From positions 1 through 22,479 of the forward strand of contig CBFDTI010000013.1 in the NCBI GenBank assembly GCA_965612795.1: a stretch of DNA of 22,479 bases. Reading direction: 5' to 3'. Source of the DNA: an uncultured bacterium (GTDB lineage: Bacteria > Hydrothermota > UBA3073 > NMUJ01). Below are positions 8,331-16,258 of the stretch, piece by piece. Every line of letters starts with the position of its first letter. Within the stretch, counting starts at the first letter, position 1. A program made the translations under genes and the position numbers. The notes under the pieces are model-generated. The model was given only the letters and a program-made list of their open reading frames with translations, did not search any database and was not told the DNA's origin.

Positions 8331-9676
8331 TGGATAGGTTCAAACAGCTGCTCAAACCATGGCTACCTTATCTACCTGATAGTGATATTTACCTGGTAGG
8401 CGGTACAGTGCGTGATATTTTGATGGGTCGTGAGCCGAACGATTTCGATTTCGTCATCATCAAGCAGGATGCTGCCACTGTAGCACGTGAATTCGCCCAC
8501 CGTATAAAGGGGGCGTTTGTGGAGCTTGAACCCACCCGTAACGAGTATAGGGTGGTGAAACAACCATATACGTTTGATTTTGTGGGTGCTGACGATCTGT
8601 ACGAGGATCTGAAGCGACGCGATTTCACAGTGAATGCGATCGCCTACTCTGTACGTGAGGGGGAGCTTATCGATATCGTGGGTGGTGTTAGAGATATCGA
8701 ATCGATGTTGTTACGTCCCGTACGGGAGGTGAACCTACGTGATGACCCGTTACGTATATTGCGGGCGTTTAGGTTGCAGGCAGAATATGGGTTTAGGTTT
8801 GAGGAGGGGTTACCTAAGTTACTACGTAAGTATAGGGGGCTGTTGAATAATGTTGCACGTGAACGTATAGGTGAGGAGATGCGCCGTATACTGGCAGTAT
8901 CTGCGGGTAAGGTGATACGTAGGATGGCGGAATATGAGGTGTTGGATGTGGTGTTACCTGAGATTAAGCCGATGCGTGGGTTGCCACATTTTAAGTTTCC
9001 AGTGGGGTCGTTACTGGAACACTCGTTGTGGACGTTGGAGGAGGTGGAACGCTACAGGCCTACACGTGAGTGGGAGGCTAAGTATCTCGATGAGAAGTTA
9101 TGGTTGGTGAAACTTGCTGGTTTGTTGCATGATGTGGCGAAACCACAAACGTTACGTGAGGAAGGTAATGAGGTACATTTCTATGGGCACGATATTATAG
9201 GGGCAAGGATTATCAGGAAAAAGACGAAGGAGGAGCTACGGCTCAGTAATGATGAGACAAAGGTGGTATCCACTATTGTGCGGTTACATATGAGGCCACA
9301 CCTGTTGATGGGCGAACCTGTACTTACACGACACGCTATGTGGCGACTGATACGTGATAGTGAAACTAATATCGTTGGTGTGATGGTTGTCGCATATGCG
9401 GATGGTATAGCATCGGGTGGCCGACAGATAGATAAGCTTAAACGTGTGCGTGATTCAGTGTACGACCTGTATGAGGAGCTACAGAAACCTAAACTGCCAA
9501 GATTGGTGACCGGTTACGACCTTATAGATATGGGGTTGAAACCTGGCCCGATATTCAAGGAGATACTGGGTGAGGTTGAAGAGCTGCAGGTGGAGGGTAT
9601 TATCACCACACGTGAGCAGGCGCTGGAGTATGTCAAAAAGAAAGTTGAGGAGCTCAAAAGCAGTGGTAGAGTTTGA
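8330..9676 (+). CDS. cca: Class II tRNA nucleotidyltransferase with HD domain, probably CC-adding type (start ATG 8330 or GTG 8327)
   Basis: YLVGGTVRD..DFD, EDLKRRDFTVNA, DDPLRILRAFR, ARERIGEE, LLHDVAKP, FYGHD, and C-terminal G.DLI..G.KPGP; flexible loop missing. Confidence 0.9.
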   Translation: MDRFKQLLKPWLPYLPDSDIYLVGGTVRDILMGREPNDFDFVIIKQDAATVAREFAHRIKGAFVELEPTRNEYRVVKQPYTFDFVGADDLYEDLKRRDFTVNAIAYSVREGELIDIVGGVRDIESMLLRPVREVNLRDDPLRILRAFRLQAEYGFRFEEGLPKLLRKYRGLLNNVARERIGEEMRRILAVSAGKVIRRMAEYEVLDVVLPEIKPMRGLPHFKFPVGSLLEHSLWTLEEVERYRPTREWEAKYLDEKLWLVKLAGLLHDVAKPQTLREEGNEVHFYGHDIIGARIIRKKTKEELRLSNDETKVVSTIVRLHMRPHLLMGEPVLTRHAMWRLIRDSETNIVGVMVVAYADGIASGGRQIDKLKRVRDSVYDLYEELQKPKLPRLVTGYDLIDMGLKPGPIFKEILGEVEELQVEGIITTREQALEYVKKKVEELKSSGRV

Positions 9677-9681
9677 ACCAT

Positions 9682-9725
9682 AAACCAGTTGCTATAATTG
9701 ACAGTAGCAAGGTTTCGCTCATATT
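9682..9725 (+). promoter_or_regulatory. Putative yebC-ruv promoter whose -35 sits inside an inverted repeat
   Basis: TTGACA (9698-9703)-16 nt-CATATT (9720-9725); inverted repeat AAACC-ag-TTGCTA-N10-TAGCAA-GGTTT at 9682-9715. Confidence 0.5.
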
Positions 9726-9786
9726 TATTAGAGGATGGTGATTGGGTTACATTCCATAAACGTGGATAGTTTAAACAGGGGGTATC

Positions 9787-10560
9787 ATGTCAGGACATTC
9801 TAAATGGGCACAAATTAAACATAAGAAAGCAAAGGTTGATGCACGACGGGGGCAACTTTTCAGCAAACTTATACGTGAGATAACCATAGCGGCAAGATTG
9901 GGTGGCGGTAACCCCGAGGATAACCCCCGGTTACGTAGCGCTATAGAGGCGGCGAAAGCTGCGAATATGCCCAAGGAAAATATAGAACGTGCAATCAAAC
10001 GTGGTACGGGTGAGCTTGGTGGTAGTGAAGCACTGGAAGAAGTGTATTACGAGGGTTATGGCCCTAATGGAGTGGCGTTACTTGTTAAAGTGGTTACGGA
10101 TAACCGTAACCGTACCACAGCAGCTATAAGGCATGTGTTCTCCAAGTATGGAGGTAACCTCGGTAGTGCGGGTTGTGTGGCGTGGATGTTCCAAGATAAG
10201 GGGTTAATATACATCGACAAAAGTGATGTAGCAGATGAGGATACGTTGTTGGGGTTGGCACTTGAGGCGGGTGCTGAAGATGTGCGTGATGAGGGTGATA
10301 CATTTGCGATAATTACAGCACCACAGGAGCTACATCAGGTGAAGGAGTTTCTCGTCGAACATGGGGTTGGGGTTAGGAGTGCGGAGCTTACAAAGATACC
10401 ACAGAGTACGATAAAGTTGGATGAAGCGACTGCGTTTAAGGTGTTGAGATTGGTGGAGAAGCTTGAGGAGCTGGATGATGTCCAACAGGTATATGCCAAC
10501 TTCGACATACCGGATGAGGTGATGCATAAGATTGCTGAGAGTATGGCTGCAGGTGTATGA
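9787..10560 (+). CDS. yebC: YebC/PmpR family protein
   Basis: MSGHSKWAQIKHKK, YEGYGPNGVA, TDNRNRT, LEELDDVQQVYAN. Confidence 0.97.
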   Translation: MSGHSKWAQIKHKKAKVDARRGQLFSKLIREITIAARLGGGNPEDNPRLRSAIEAAKAANMPKENIERAIKRGTGELGGSEALEEVYYEGYGPNGVALLVKVVTDNRNRTTAAIRHVFSKYGGNLGSAGCVAWMFQDKGLIYIDKSDVADEDTLLGLALEAGAEDVRDEGDTFAIITAPQELHQVKEFLVEHGVGVRSAELTKIPQSTIKLDEATAFKVLRLVEKLEELDDVQQVYANFDIPDEVMHKIAESMAAGV

Positions 10561-11027
10561 GGATTATCGGGGTGGATCCGGGGCAACGTACGGGGTTTGC
10601 TGTCATAGAGGGTGATAAGGTTATTAAGTCAGGTGTTATAGAGATAGGGAAGGTTACATCTTATGAGGGGTTACAGCATATATATGAGGGGATAGTTAAG
10701 GTATTGGATGAAACTACGCCTGATGTATTGGTATGTGAGTCACTGTTTTATCACAAGAACATAAAGTCGTTGGTGAAGCTCGCCGAAACCAAAGGTGTGA
10801 TATGTTTAGCAGCTATCAAGCATGGCATACCGGTGGTAGAGTATACGCCACGTGAGATAAAGCTGGCAATCACAGGTAACGGTAACGCATCAAAGCAACA
10901 GGTACGATATATGGTGGAACAGATATTTGGTATCGAAGTGGATAACGTGCATGTGGCGGATGCATTAGCATCAGCTATATGTCATAGGGAGCGTGAAGCA
11001 CATAATGTTGGATTACGTGAAGGGTAA
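10557..11027 (+). CDS. ruvC: Holliday junction resolvase RuvC
   Basis: IIGVDPG, ESLFY, EYTPREIKLAITGNGNASKQQV, ADALA. Confidence 0.95.
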   Translation: MRIIGVDPGQRTGFAVIEGDKVIKSGVIEIGKVTSYEGLQHIYEGIVKVLDETTPDVLVCESLFYHKNIKSLVKLAETKGVICLAAIKHGIPVVEYTPREIKLAITGNGNASKQQVRYMVEQIFGIEVDNVHVADALASAICHREREAHNVGLREG

Positions 11028-11559
11028 GCTTAAATACAAGGAACGTAACAGGATAGTGGTGGAGGTGTTCAACGACAGCCTCGGTATCGACGTTAAGGTG
11101 CCTGATGACTGGGTAGCTGAGCTGAACGTAGGTGATACGATCTGCGTGTATTTGTATATGATGGTACGTGAGAGTGGTATCGAGCTGTATGGGTTTAGGG
11201 ATATGCGGCAACGTGAGGTGTTCGAAGATATAATATCGGTACCTAATGTGGGGCCAGAAACTGCGATACGGATACTGGCGGAGCTTAGTGTGGACGAGTT
11301 CACCCATATAGTGGGTAGCGGGAACGAGCGTATGTTAGCATCTATTAGGGGGGTAGGTCCTAAGAAGGCGGAACGTATCATATTCCATCTACGTGATAAG
11401 TACAAGGTACCAGAACGGCGTGGTGATTGGGATACTGCGGTGGAGGTGTTGACCAACCTTGGGTTTGAGCGTCAAAAGGTATGGAAAGTGCTGCAGAATA
11501 TCGACTGGAAGGATAAGGATTTAGAAGCTGTCATCAAGGAGGCATTAGCTAAGCTATGA
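11005..11559 (+). CDS. ruvA: Holliday junction branch migration protein RuvA
   Basis: MLDYVKGKL start (ATG 11005 preferred to GTG 10993), VRES..LYGF, HhH motifs VPNVGPETA and IRGVGPKKAERI. Confidence 0.95.
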   Translation: MLDYVKGKLKYKERNRIVVEVFNDSLGIDVKVPDDWVAELNVGDTICVYLYMMVRESGIELYGFRDMRQREVFEDIISVPNVGPETAIRILAELSVDEFTHIVGSGNERMLASIRGVGPKKAERIIFHLRDKYKVPERRGDWDTAVEVLTNLGFERQKVWKVLQNIDWKDKDLEAVIKEALAKL

Positions 11560-12560
11560 GACCTAACATCACACATCCGGGGCGACTTGAGGGTGAGGAG
11601 GCGCTCGAACGTAGCTTACGACCGAAGACATTGGATGAGTTTATCGGTCAGCAGCAGCTTAAGGATAACCTACGTGTGTTTATATCAGCAGCCAAAAAGC
11701 GTAACGAGCCGATCGATCACCTGTTGTTGTATGGACCGCCGGGGTTGGGTAAGACCACGCTTGCACATATTGTGGCAAATGAGTTAGGTACTACTATTTA
11801 TTCGGTGTCAGCACCTGCACTTGAGAAGCCGGGTGATCTGGTGGGCTTGTTGACGAAGTTGGGGCCACGTGATATACTGTTTATTGATGAGATACATAGG
11901 TTGAACCGCGTCATAGAGGAGTACCTCTATTCAGCGATGGAAGACTACAGGATTAGTATAGTGTTGGACAAGGGGCCGAATGCGCGTGCGTTTAATTTGA
12001 GGTTGGCACCGTTCACACTTATAGGGGCGACGACAAGGTCGGGGTTGATATCGTCACCGTTGAGGTCGAGGTTCGAATTCCATCTGCGGGTTAATTTCTA
12101 CCCACCGGAGGAGCTTTGCCTTATAGTTAAGCGATCAGCTAACTTGTTGAATGTGGAGATTGACCACGATAGTGCGATGGAGATCGCCAAACGTGCGAGA
12201 GGTACACCGAGGATAGCTAATCGGTTGCTTAAACGTGTAAGGGATTTTGCTGAGGTGATAGGTGAAGGTAAGATCGATCGCAAGGTTACCGATTATGCGT
12301 TGGAACAGCTAAACGTCGATCCGTTGGGGTTGAACGAAGTGGATCGCGAGATATTGTTGACAATAGTGAAGGATTATCGAGGTGGCCCGGTGGGATTATC
12401 AACGATAGCGGTGAAGGTGGGTGAAACCCCTGACACCATCGAGGAGGTGTTCGAACCTTACCTTATACAGTTGGGGCTTATAAAACGTACACGCCAGGGG
12501 AGGGTAGCAACACCGTTGGCGTACCAGCATTTGGGGTTGGAACCGGGGCGGTTGTTCTGA
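11556..12560 (+). CDS. ruvB: Holliday junction branch migration helicase RuvB
   Basis: LRPKTLDEFIGQ, GPPGLGKTT, FIDEIHRL, GATTRSG, RGTPRIANRLL, GGPVGL. Confidence 0.98.
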   Translation: MRPNITHPGRLEGEEALERSLRPKTLDEFIGQQQLKDNLRVFISAAKKRNEPIDHLLLYGPPGLGKTTLAHIVANELGTTIYSVSAPALEKPGDLVGLLTKLGPRDILFIDEIHRLNRVIEEYLYSAMEDYRISIVLDKGPNARAFNLRLAPFTLIGATTRSGLISSPLRSRFEFHLRVNFYPPEELCLIVKRSANLLNVEIDHDSAMEIAKRARGTPRIANRLLKRVRDFAEVIGEGKIDRKVTDYALEQLNVDPLGLNEVDREILLTIVKDYRGGPVGLSTIAVKVGETPDTIEEVFEPYLIQLGLIKRTRQGRVATPLAYQHLGLEPGRLF

Positions 12561-12563
12561 GCC

Positions 12564-13559
12564 ATGCGTGTAGCAATTGTGTTTGGCAGCAGGTCAGCAG
12601 AACATGAGGTATCTGTTACATCGGCAAAGGGTATATACGGTGCAATAGATAAGACCAAGTACGAGCTGGTGTTGATAAAGATTACCAAGCAAGGTGAATG
12701 GTTAGCTGTGGAGCATCCTGACGCTGATGAGGGGTTACCGGTGGTGATGGATCTGTCACGGTCGCCGGCAAGGTTCAGGATAGGTGAACAGTGGATAACC
12801 ATAGATGTGATATTCCCTGTATTACATGGACCATACGGTGAGGATGGTACAATACAGGGGATGTGTGAAATGGCAGGTATACCGTACGTGGGGTGTGGTG
12901 TAGCTGCATCCGCTATAGCGATGGATAAGGATCTTACCAAAAGGGTGTTACGTGCGAACGGTATACCAGTGTTGGATTGGATAGCGGTTTATAAGCACGA
13001 GAGTATCGACCTGCGTGAGATTGGTGAACGGTTTGGATACCCGCTATTCGTTAAACCGGCGAGGTTGGGCTCGAGTGTGGGTATCACCAAGGTACATTCT
13101 GAGGATGGGCTACGTCCAGCTATAGAGTATGCGTTCGAATACGATAGTAAGATTGTCATCGAGAAGGGGCTCAACCGTCCCAGGGAGATTGAATGTGCGA
13201 TACTGGGTAATGAAGAGCCACAACCGTCGATCTTGGGTGAGGTTATACCAGCACATGAGTTTTATGATTACGATGCTAAATACAAGAGCCCGAAATCGAA
13301 ACGGTTGGTACCGGCACCGTTGAATGAAGATGAAACCCGTACTGCGCAGAGGTTGGCGTTGGATAGCTTCAAAGCTATCGGTTGTCGTGGTATGGCACGT
13401 GTGGATATGTTCTATGTGGATGGTAAGTTTTACGTTAATGAGCTGAACACAATACCGGGGTTTACACCCATAAGTATGTACCCCAAATTGTGGCAAGCGA
13501 CAGGTCTTTCGTACAGCCAGCTTATTGATAGGTTGATTGAATTAGCTCTTGAAGCATGA
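12564..13559 (+). CDS. ddl: D-alanine--D-alanine ligase
   Basis: S.EHEVS, LHGPYGEDGTIQG, GSSVG, FYDYDAKY, NELNTIPGFT. Confidence 0.97.
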   Translation: MRVAIVFGSRSAEHEVSVTSAKGIYGAIDKTKYELVLIKITKQGEWLAVEHPDADEGLPVVMDLSRSPARFRIGEQWITIDVIFPVLHGPYGEDGTIQGMCEMAGIPYVGCGVAASAIAMDKDLTKRVLRANGIPVLDWIAVYKHESIDLREIGERFGYPLFVKPARLGSSVGITKVHSEDGLRPAIEYAFEYDSKIVIEKGLNRPREIECAILGNEEPQPSILGEVIPAHEFYDYDAKYKSPKSKRLVPAPLNEDETRTAQRLALDSFKAIGCRGMARVDMFYVDGKFYVNELNTIPGFTPISMYPKLWQATGLSYSQLIDRLIELALEA

Positions 13560-14665
13560 AGGTATCGATATTTACGGATGCGTATTATCCACAGCCGTCG
13601 GGTGTATCTGAATATGTGCATTATATGGCAACCACCCTTCATGGGCGTGGTTATGAGGTTGAAATTGTTGCACCAAAATATCCAGAAAATGCGGAGATCG
13701 AATTTCCACGTACATATCGTATAGGTAAGGTTATAAGGTTTCGTGGTAACAAGGCTGAAGTTACGTTAGCGTATGGTGGTAATCTGGTGAATGAGATTCG
13801 TAAATATCTCTATCAAGTGCAGCCAGATGTGTTGATACTCAATGGACCGTTTCCACCGAATATATCGTACTGGGGGTTGAAATATTCGGAAGCGTTCAAC
13901 ATAGGTGTGTTCCATACGACTACCTTTAAACAGTACCGTATGGTGGCGGGTGCCTTCCGTAAGGTTTTCGGCCAAACATTTAAAAAGTTACATGTTAAGG
14001 TGGCTGTGTCAAAAACTGCACGTGATACGTTTCAACCTTATATACCGGGTGAGTATCACATCATACCGCCAGGTATCGATTTGCAGCGGTTCAGTTACAA
14101 AAAGCGTAAACCAACAGCGTATCCATCGATACTGTTTTTGGGTAGGTTGGACGAACGTAAAGGGTTGCATATTTTGTTAGAAGCGATGTCAACCGTGAAA
14201 CAGAAGATACCAAGCGTGAAGCTGTACGTGGTTGGCAAAGGTAACGTATCATATTATAAAAATCTGGCATATAGGTTAGATGTTGCGGATGTGGTTGAGT
14301 TTAAAGGGGTTGCCGGGTGGTACGAAGTGCCTGAGTATTACAGTAAAGCGTGGATATACTGTGCACCATCGATAGGTGGTGAGTCGTTTGGTATTGTCTT
14401 ATTGGAGGCGATGGCAGCTGGTGTACCTGTGGTTGCGGGTAGAAATCCTGGCTACGAGCAGGTGATAACTGATGGCAAGAATGGTATATTGGTGGAGCCA
14501 ACCCCAAAAGCTATTGGTGATGCTATAATCAAGTTGATAAAGGATGAGAAATTGCGACATAATCTGTCGATGAATGGGTTAAACTTTGTGCAAAGATTTG
14601 CATGGCCAAACATTTGCGATAAGTTCATACAGCTGTTTAACACCAATGTGGGGTATAACCGCTAA
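13556..14665 (+). CDS. GT4 family glycosyltransferase (PimA-like)
   Basis: YYPQPSGV, FLGRLDERKGL, APSIGGESFGIVLLEAMAAG. Confidence 0.9.
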   Translation: MKVSIFTDAYYPQPSGVSEYVHYMATTLHGRGYEVEIVAPKYPENAEIEFPRTYRIGKVIRFRGNKAEVTLAYGGNLVNEIRKYLYQVQPDVLILNGPFPPNISYWGLKYSEAFNIGVFHTTTFKQYRMVAGAFRKVFGQTFKKLHVKVAVSKTARDTFQPYIPGEYHIIPPGIDLQRFSYKKRKPTAYPSILFLGRLDERKGLHILLEAMSTVKQKIPSVKLYVVGKGNVSYYKNLAYRLDVADVVEFKGVAGWYEVPEYYSKAWIYCAPSIGGESFGIVLLEAMAAGVPVVAGRNPGYEQVITDGKNGILVEPTPKAIGDAIIKLIKDEKLRHNLSMNGLNFVQRFAWPNICDKFIQLFNTNVGYNR

Positions 14666-14708
14666 GTTCTTGAAGCAATTTGCGAGCGTCACGTGTGAGG
14701 TGATAAAG

Positions 14709-15410
14709 ATGAAGGGTGTGCTGTTTGTGATAAGGAGTTGGACAACAATTCTACTTGGTGTATTATTGCAATACGTTGGTATACCGCATTTGATTATTTG
14801 TAGGCGGTTAAGACGTAATCGTACGTTTAGGCTTGGAAATAAAACGTATAAGTACTTTTACCATCGTCACAATACCACGTGGCGTAATGAGCGTGCGGTG
14901 GAGATACCCATAATATGGGATTGGTTAACCCAGTATCGTAACAAGCGTATACTTGAGGTAGGTAATGTGTTATCACACTATTTTGAGGTGAACCATGATG
15001 TGGTCGACCGTTACGAGAGAGGTAAGAATGTGATCAATGCAGATGTGACAGAGTTTAACACCAACAAGAAGTATGATTTAATCATTAGTATTTCTACACT
15101 GGAACATATAGGATGGTTCTGGTATGAAGGGCCACAGAATTACGAAAAAGTAGTCGTAGCTATTGAGAAGCTGAAATCGATGCTCGCAGATGGTGGTAAA
15201 CTGATAGTCACAATGCCTATAGGGTACAATTTTAAGCTCGATGAGCTCATAGATAAAGGTAAGGTAAAATTTACACAAATGTACTGCATGAAACGCATAT
15301 CACGCGATAACCGATGGGTTGAGGCGAGTTGGGATGAGGTTAAGCACATGAAGTATGATACACCATACCCGGGAGCTAACGGGCTCGTGATAGGGGTGAT
15401 CGAAAAATAA
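14709..15410 (+). CDS. Class I SAM-dependent methyltransferase-like protein
   Basis: SD GAGGTG before ATG 14709 (track start 14586 overlaps the GT4 gene); NERAVEIP, ILEVGN, YDLIISISTLEHIG, GGKLIVTMP. Confidence 0.7.
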   Translation: MKGVLFVIRSWTTILLGVLLQYVGIPHLIICRRLRRNRTFRLGNKTYKYFYHRHNTTWRNERAVEIPIIWDWLTQYRNKRILEVGNVLSHYFEVNHDVVDRYERGKNVINADVTEFNTNKKYDLIISISTLEHIGWFWYEGPQNYEKVVVAIEKLKSMLADGGKLIVTMPIGYNFKLDELIDKGKVKFTQMYCMKRISRDNRWVEASWDEVKHMKYDTPYPGANGLVIGVIEK

Positions 15411-15419
15411 CATAAGGGA

Positions 15420-15857
15420 TTAAGCTGTACCGGTTGAGCCAAACCCGGACGTGTCACGTGAGGTGGGTGAAAGGTTGGCTTCTTTGAGGTTAACTTTTAC
15501 TGTTTGATGGATGACAAGTTGTGCGATACGCATACCCTTGCGGATGTGGAAGGTATGTTTGCCTAAGTTGATGAGTATGACTTTGAGTTCACCACGATAG
15601 TCGGTATCTATGGTGCCGGGTGAGTTCAACACTGTAATACCATATTTTGCAGCCAACCCACTACGTGGACGTATCTGTGCTTCGTAACCTTGAGGTAGCT
15701 CAACCGCTATACCAGTGGATACTGTGCGGAATTCGCCTGGTGGTAAGGTGATGTCATCATTCGCGTATAGGTCTAACCCAACAGCGCCTGGTGTGGCGTA
15801 GGTGGGGAGCTTGGCATCTGGTGATAACCGCTGTACCTTAAGCTCAACGGTGGGCAT
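15420..15857 (-). CDS. dut: dUTP diphosphatase (trimeric type)
   Basis: GLDL, IRPRSGLA, GTIDTDYRGE, RIAQL, R...GFGSTG. Confidence 0.97.
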   Translation of the reverse strand: MPTVELKVQRLSPDAKLPTYATPGAVGLDLYANDDITLPPGEFRTVSTGIAVELPQGYEAQIRPRSGLAAKYGITVLNSPGTIDTDYRGELKVILINLGKHTFHIRKGMRIAQLVIHQTVKVNLKEANLSPTSRDTSGFGSTGTA

Positions 15858-15876
15858 TTCGATAAGTTAGTTGTAG

Positions 15877-15949
15877 TGCCCCCAACCGGACTCGAACCGG
15901 TACTACCACCTTGAAAGAGTGGTGTCCTAACCGCTTAGACGATGGGGGC
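15877..15949 (-). tRNA. tRNA-Glu(TTC), no encoded CCA
   Basis: GCCCCCA/TGGGGGC acceptor stem, anticodon arm CCACT-CT-TTC-AA-GGTGG, GGTTCGAGTCC T arm; followed by CTA. Confidence 0.95.
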
Positions 15950-15953
15950 ACCA

Positions 15954-16026
15954 TGGGCCGTGCGGGACTCGAACCCGCGACCCCTGGATTAAAAATCCAG
16001 TACTCTACCAGCTGAGTTAACGGCCC
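15954..16026 (-). tRNA. tRNA-Lys(TTT), no encoded CCA
   Basis: GGGCCGT/ACGGCCC acceptor stem, anticodon arm CTGGA-TT-TTT-AA-TCCAG, GGTTCGAGTCC; followed by TGG. Confidence 0.95.
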
Positions 16027-16038
16027 GCTGTCACAGAG

Positions 16039-16130
16039 CGGAGAGGGGGGGATTTGAACCCCCGGTCCCGCTTTTTAGCGGGACACGCGATTTCCAATCG
16101 CGCTCCTTCACCGGGCTCGGACACCTCTCC
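16039..16130 (-). tRNA. tRNA-Ser(GGA), no encoded CCA
   Basis: GGAGAGG/CCTCTCC acceptor stem with G discriminator, anticodon arm CGCGA-TT-GGA-AA-TCGCG, long variable arm TCCCGCT-AAA-AGCGGGA; followed by CTC. Confidence 0.95.
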
Positions 16131-16140
16131 ATACATTATA

Positions 16141-16167
16141 AATATGGGGCTAAACGGATAGAGTCAA
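16141..16167 (-). promoter_or_regulatory. Putative promoter of the tRNA-dut unit
   Basis: TTGACT (16167-16162)-15 nt-CATATT (16146-16141), 10 nt before tRNA-Ser; a TATAAT also lies at 16140-16135. Confidence 0.55.
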
Positions 16168-16225
16168 CCCAGTTGAATAACAGCTTAATAGCTTATCGAT
16201 AGTCGCTCGTGATAGGGTGCGATAC

Positions 16226-16252
16226 TTGAAGCAATCCGATTTGCGTTATATT
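16226..16252 (+). promoter_or_regulatory. Putative promoter giving a leaderless prfB mRNA
   Basis: TTGAAG-15 nt-TATATT, ending 6 nt before ATG 16259; no SD before that ATG. Confidence 0.5.
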
Positions 16253-16258
16253 TAAAAG

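Noticed and set aside
10557..11027. RuvC as a Cas12/TnpB-type nuclease linked to the CRISPR repeat
   Set aside because: 156-aa stand-alone resolvase in the standard yebC-ruvC-ruvA-ruvB operon.
15858..16140. tRNA cluster as an integration site of a prophage or island
   Set aside because: No integrase and no duplicated tRNA 3' end seen; flanks are housekeeping genes.
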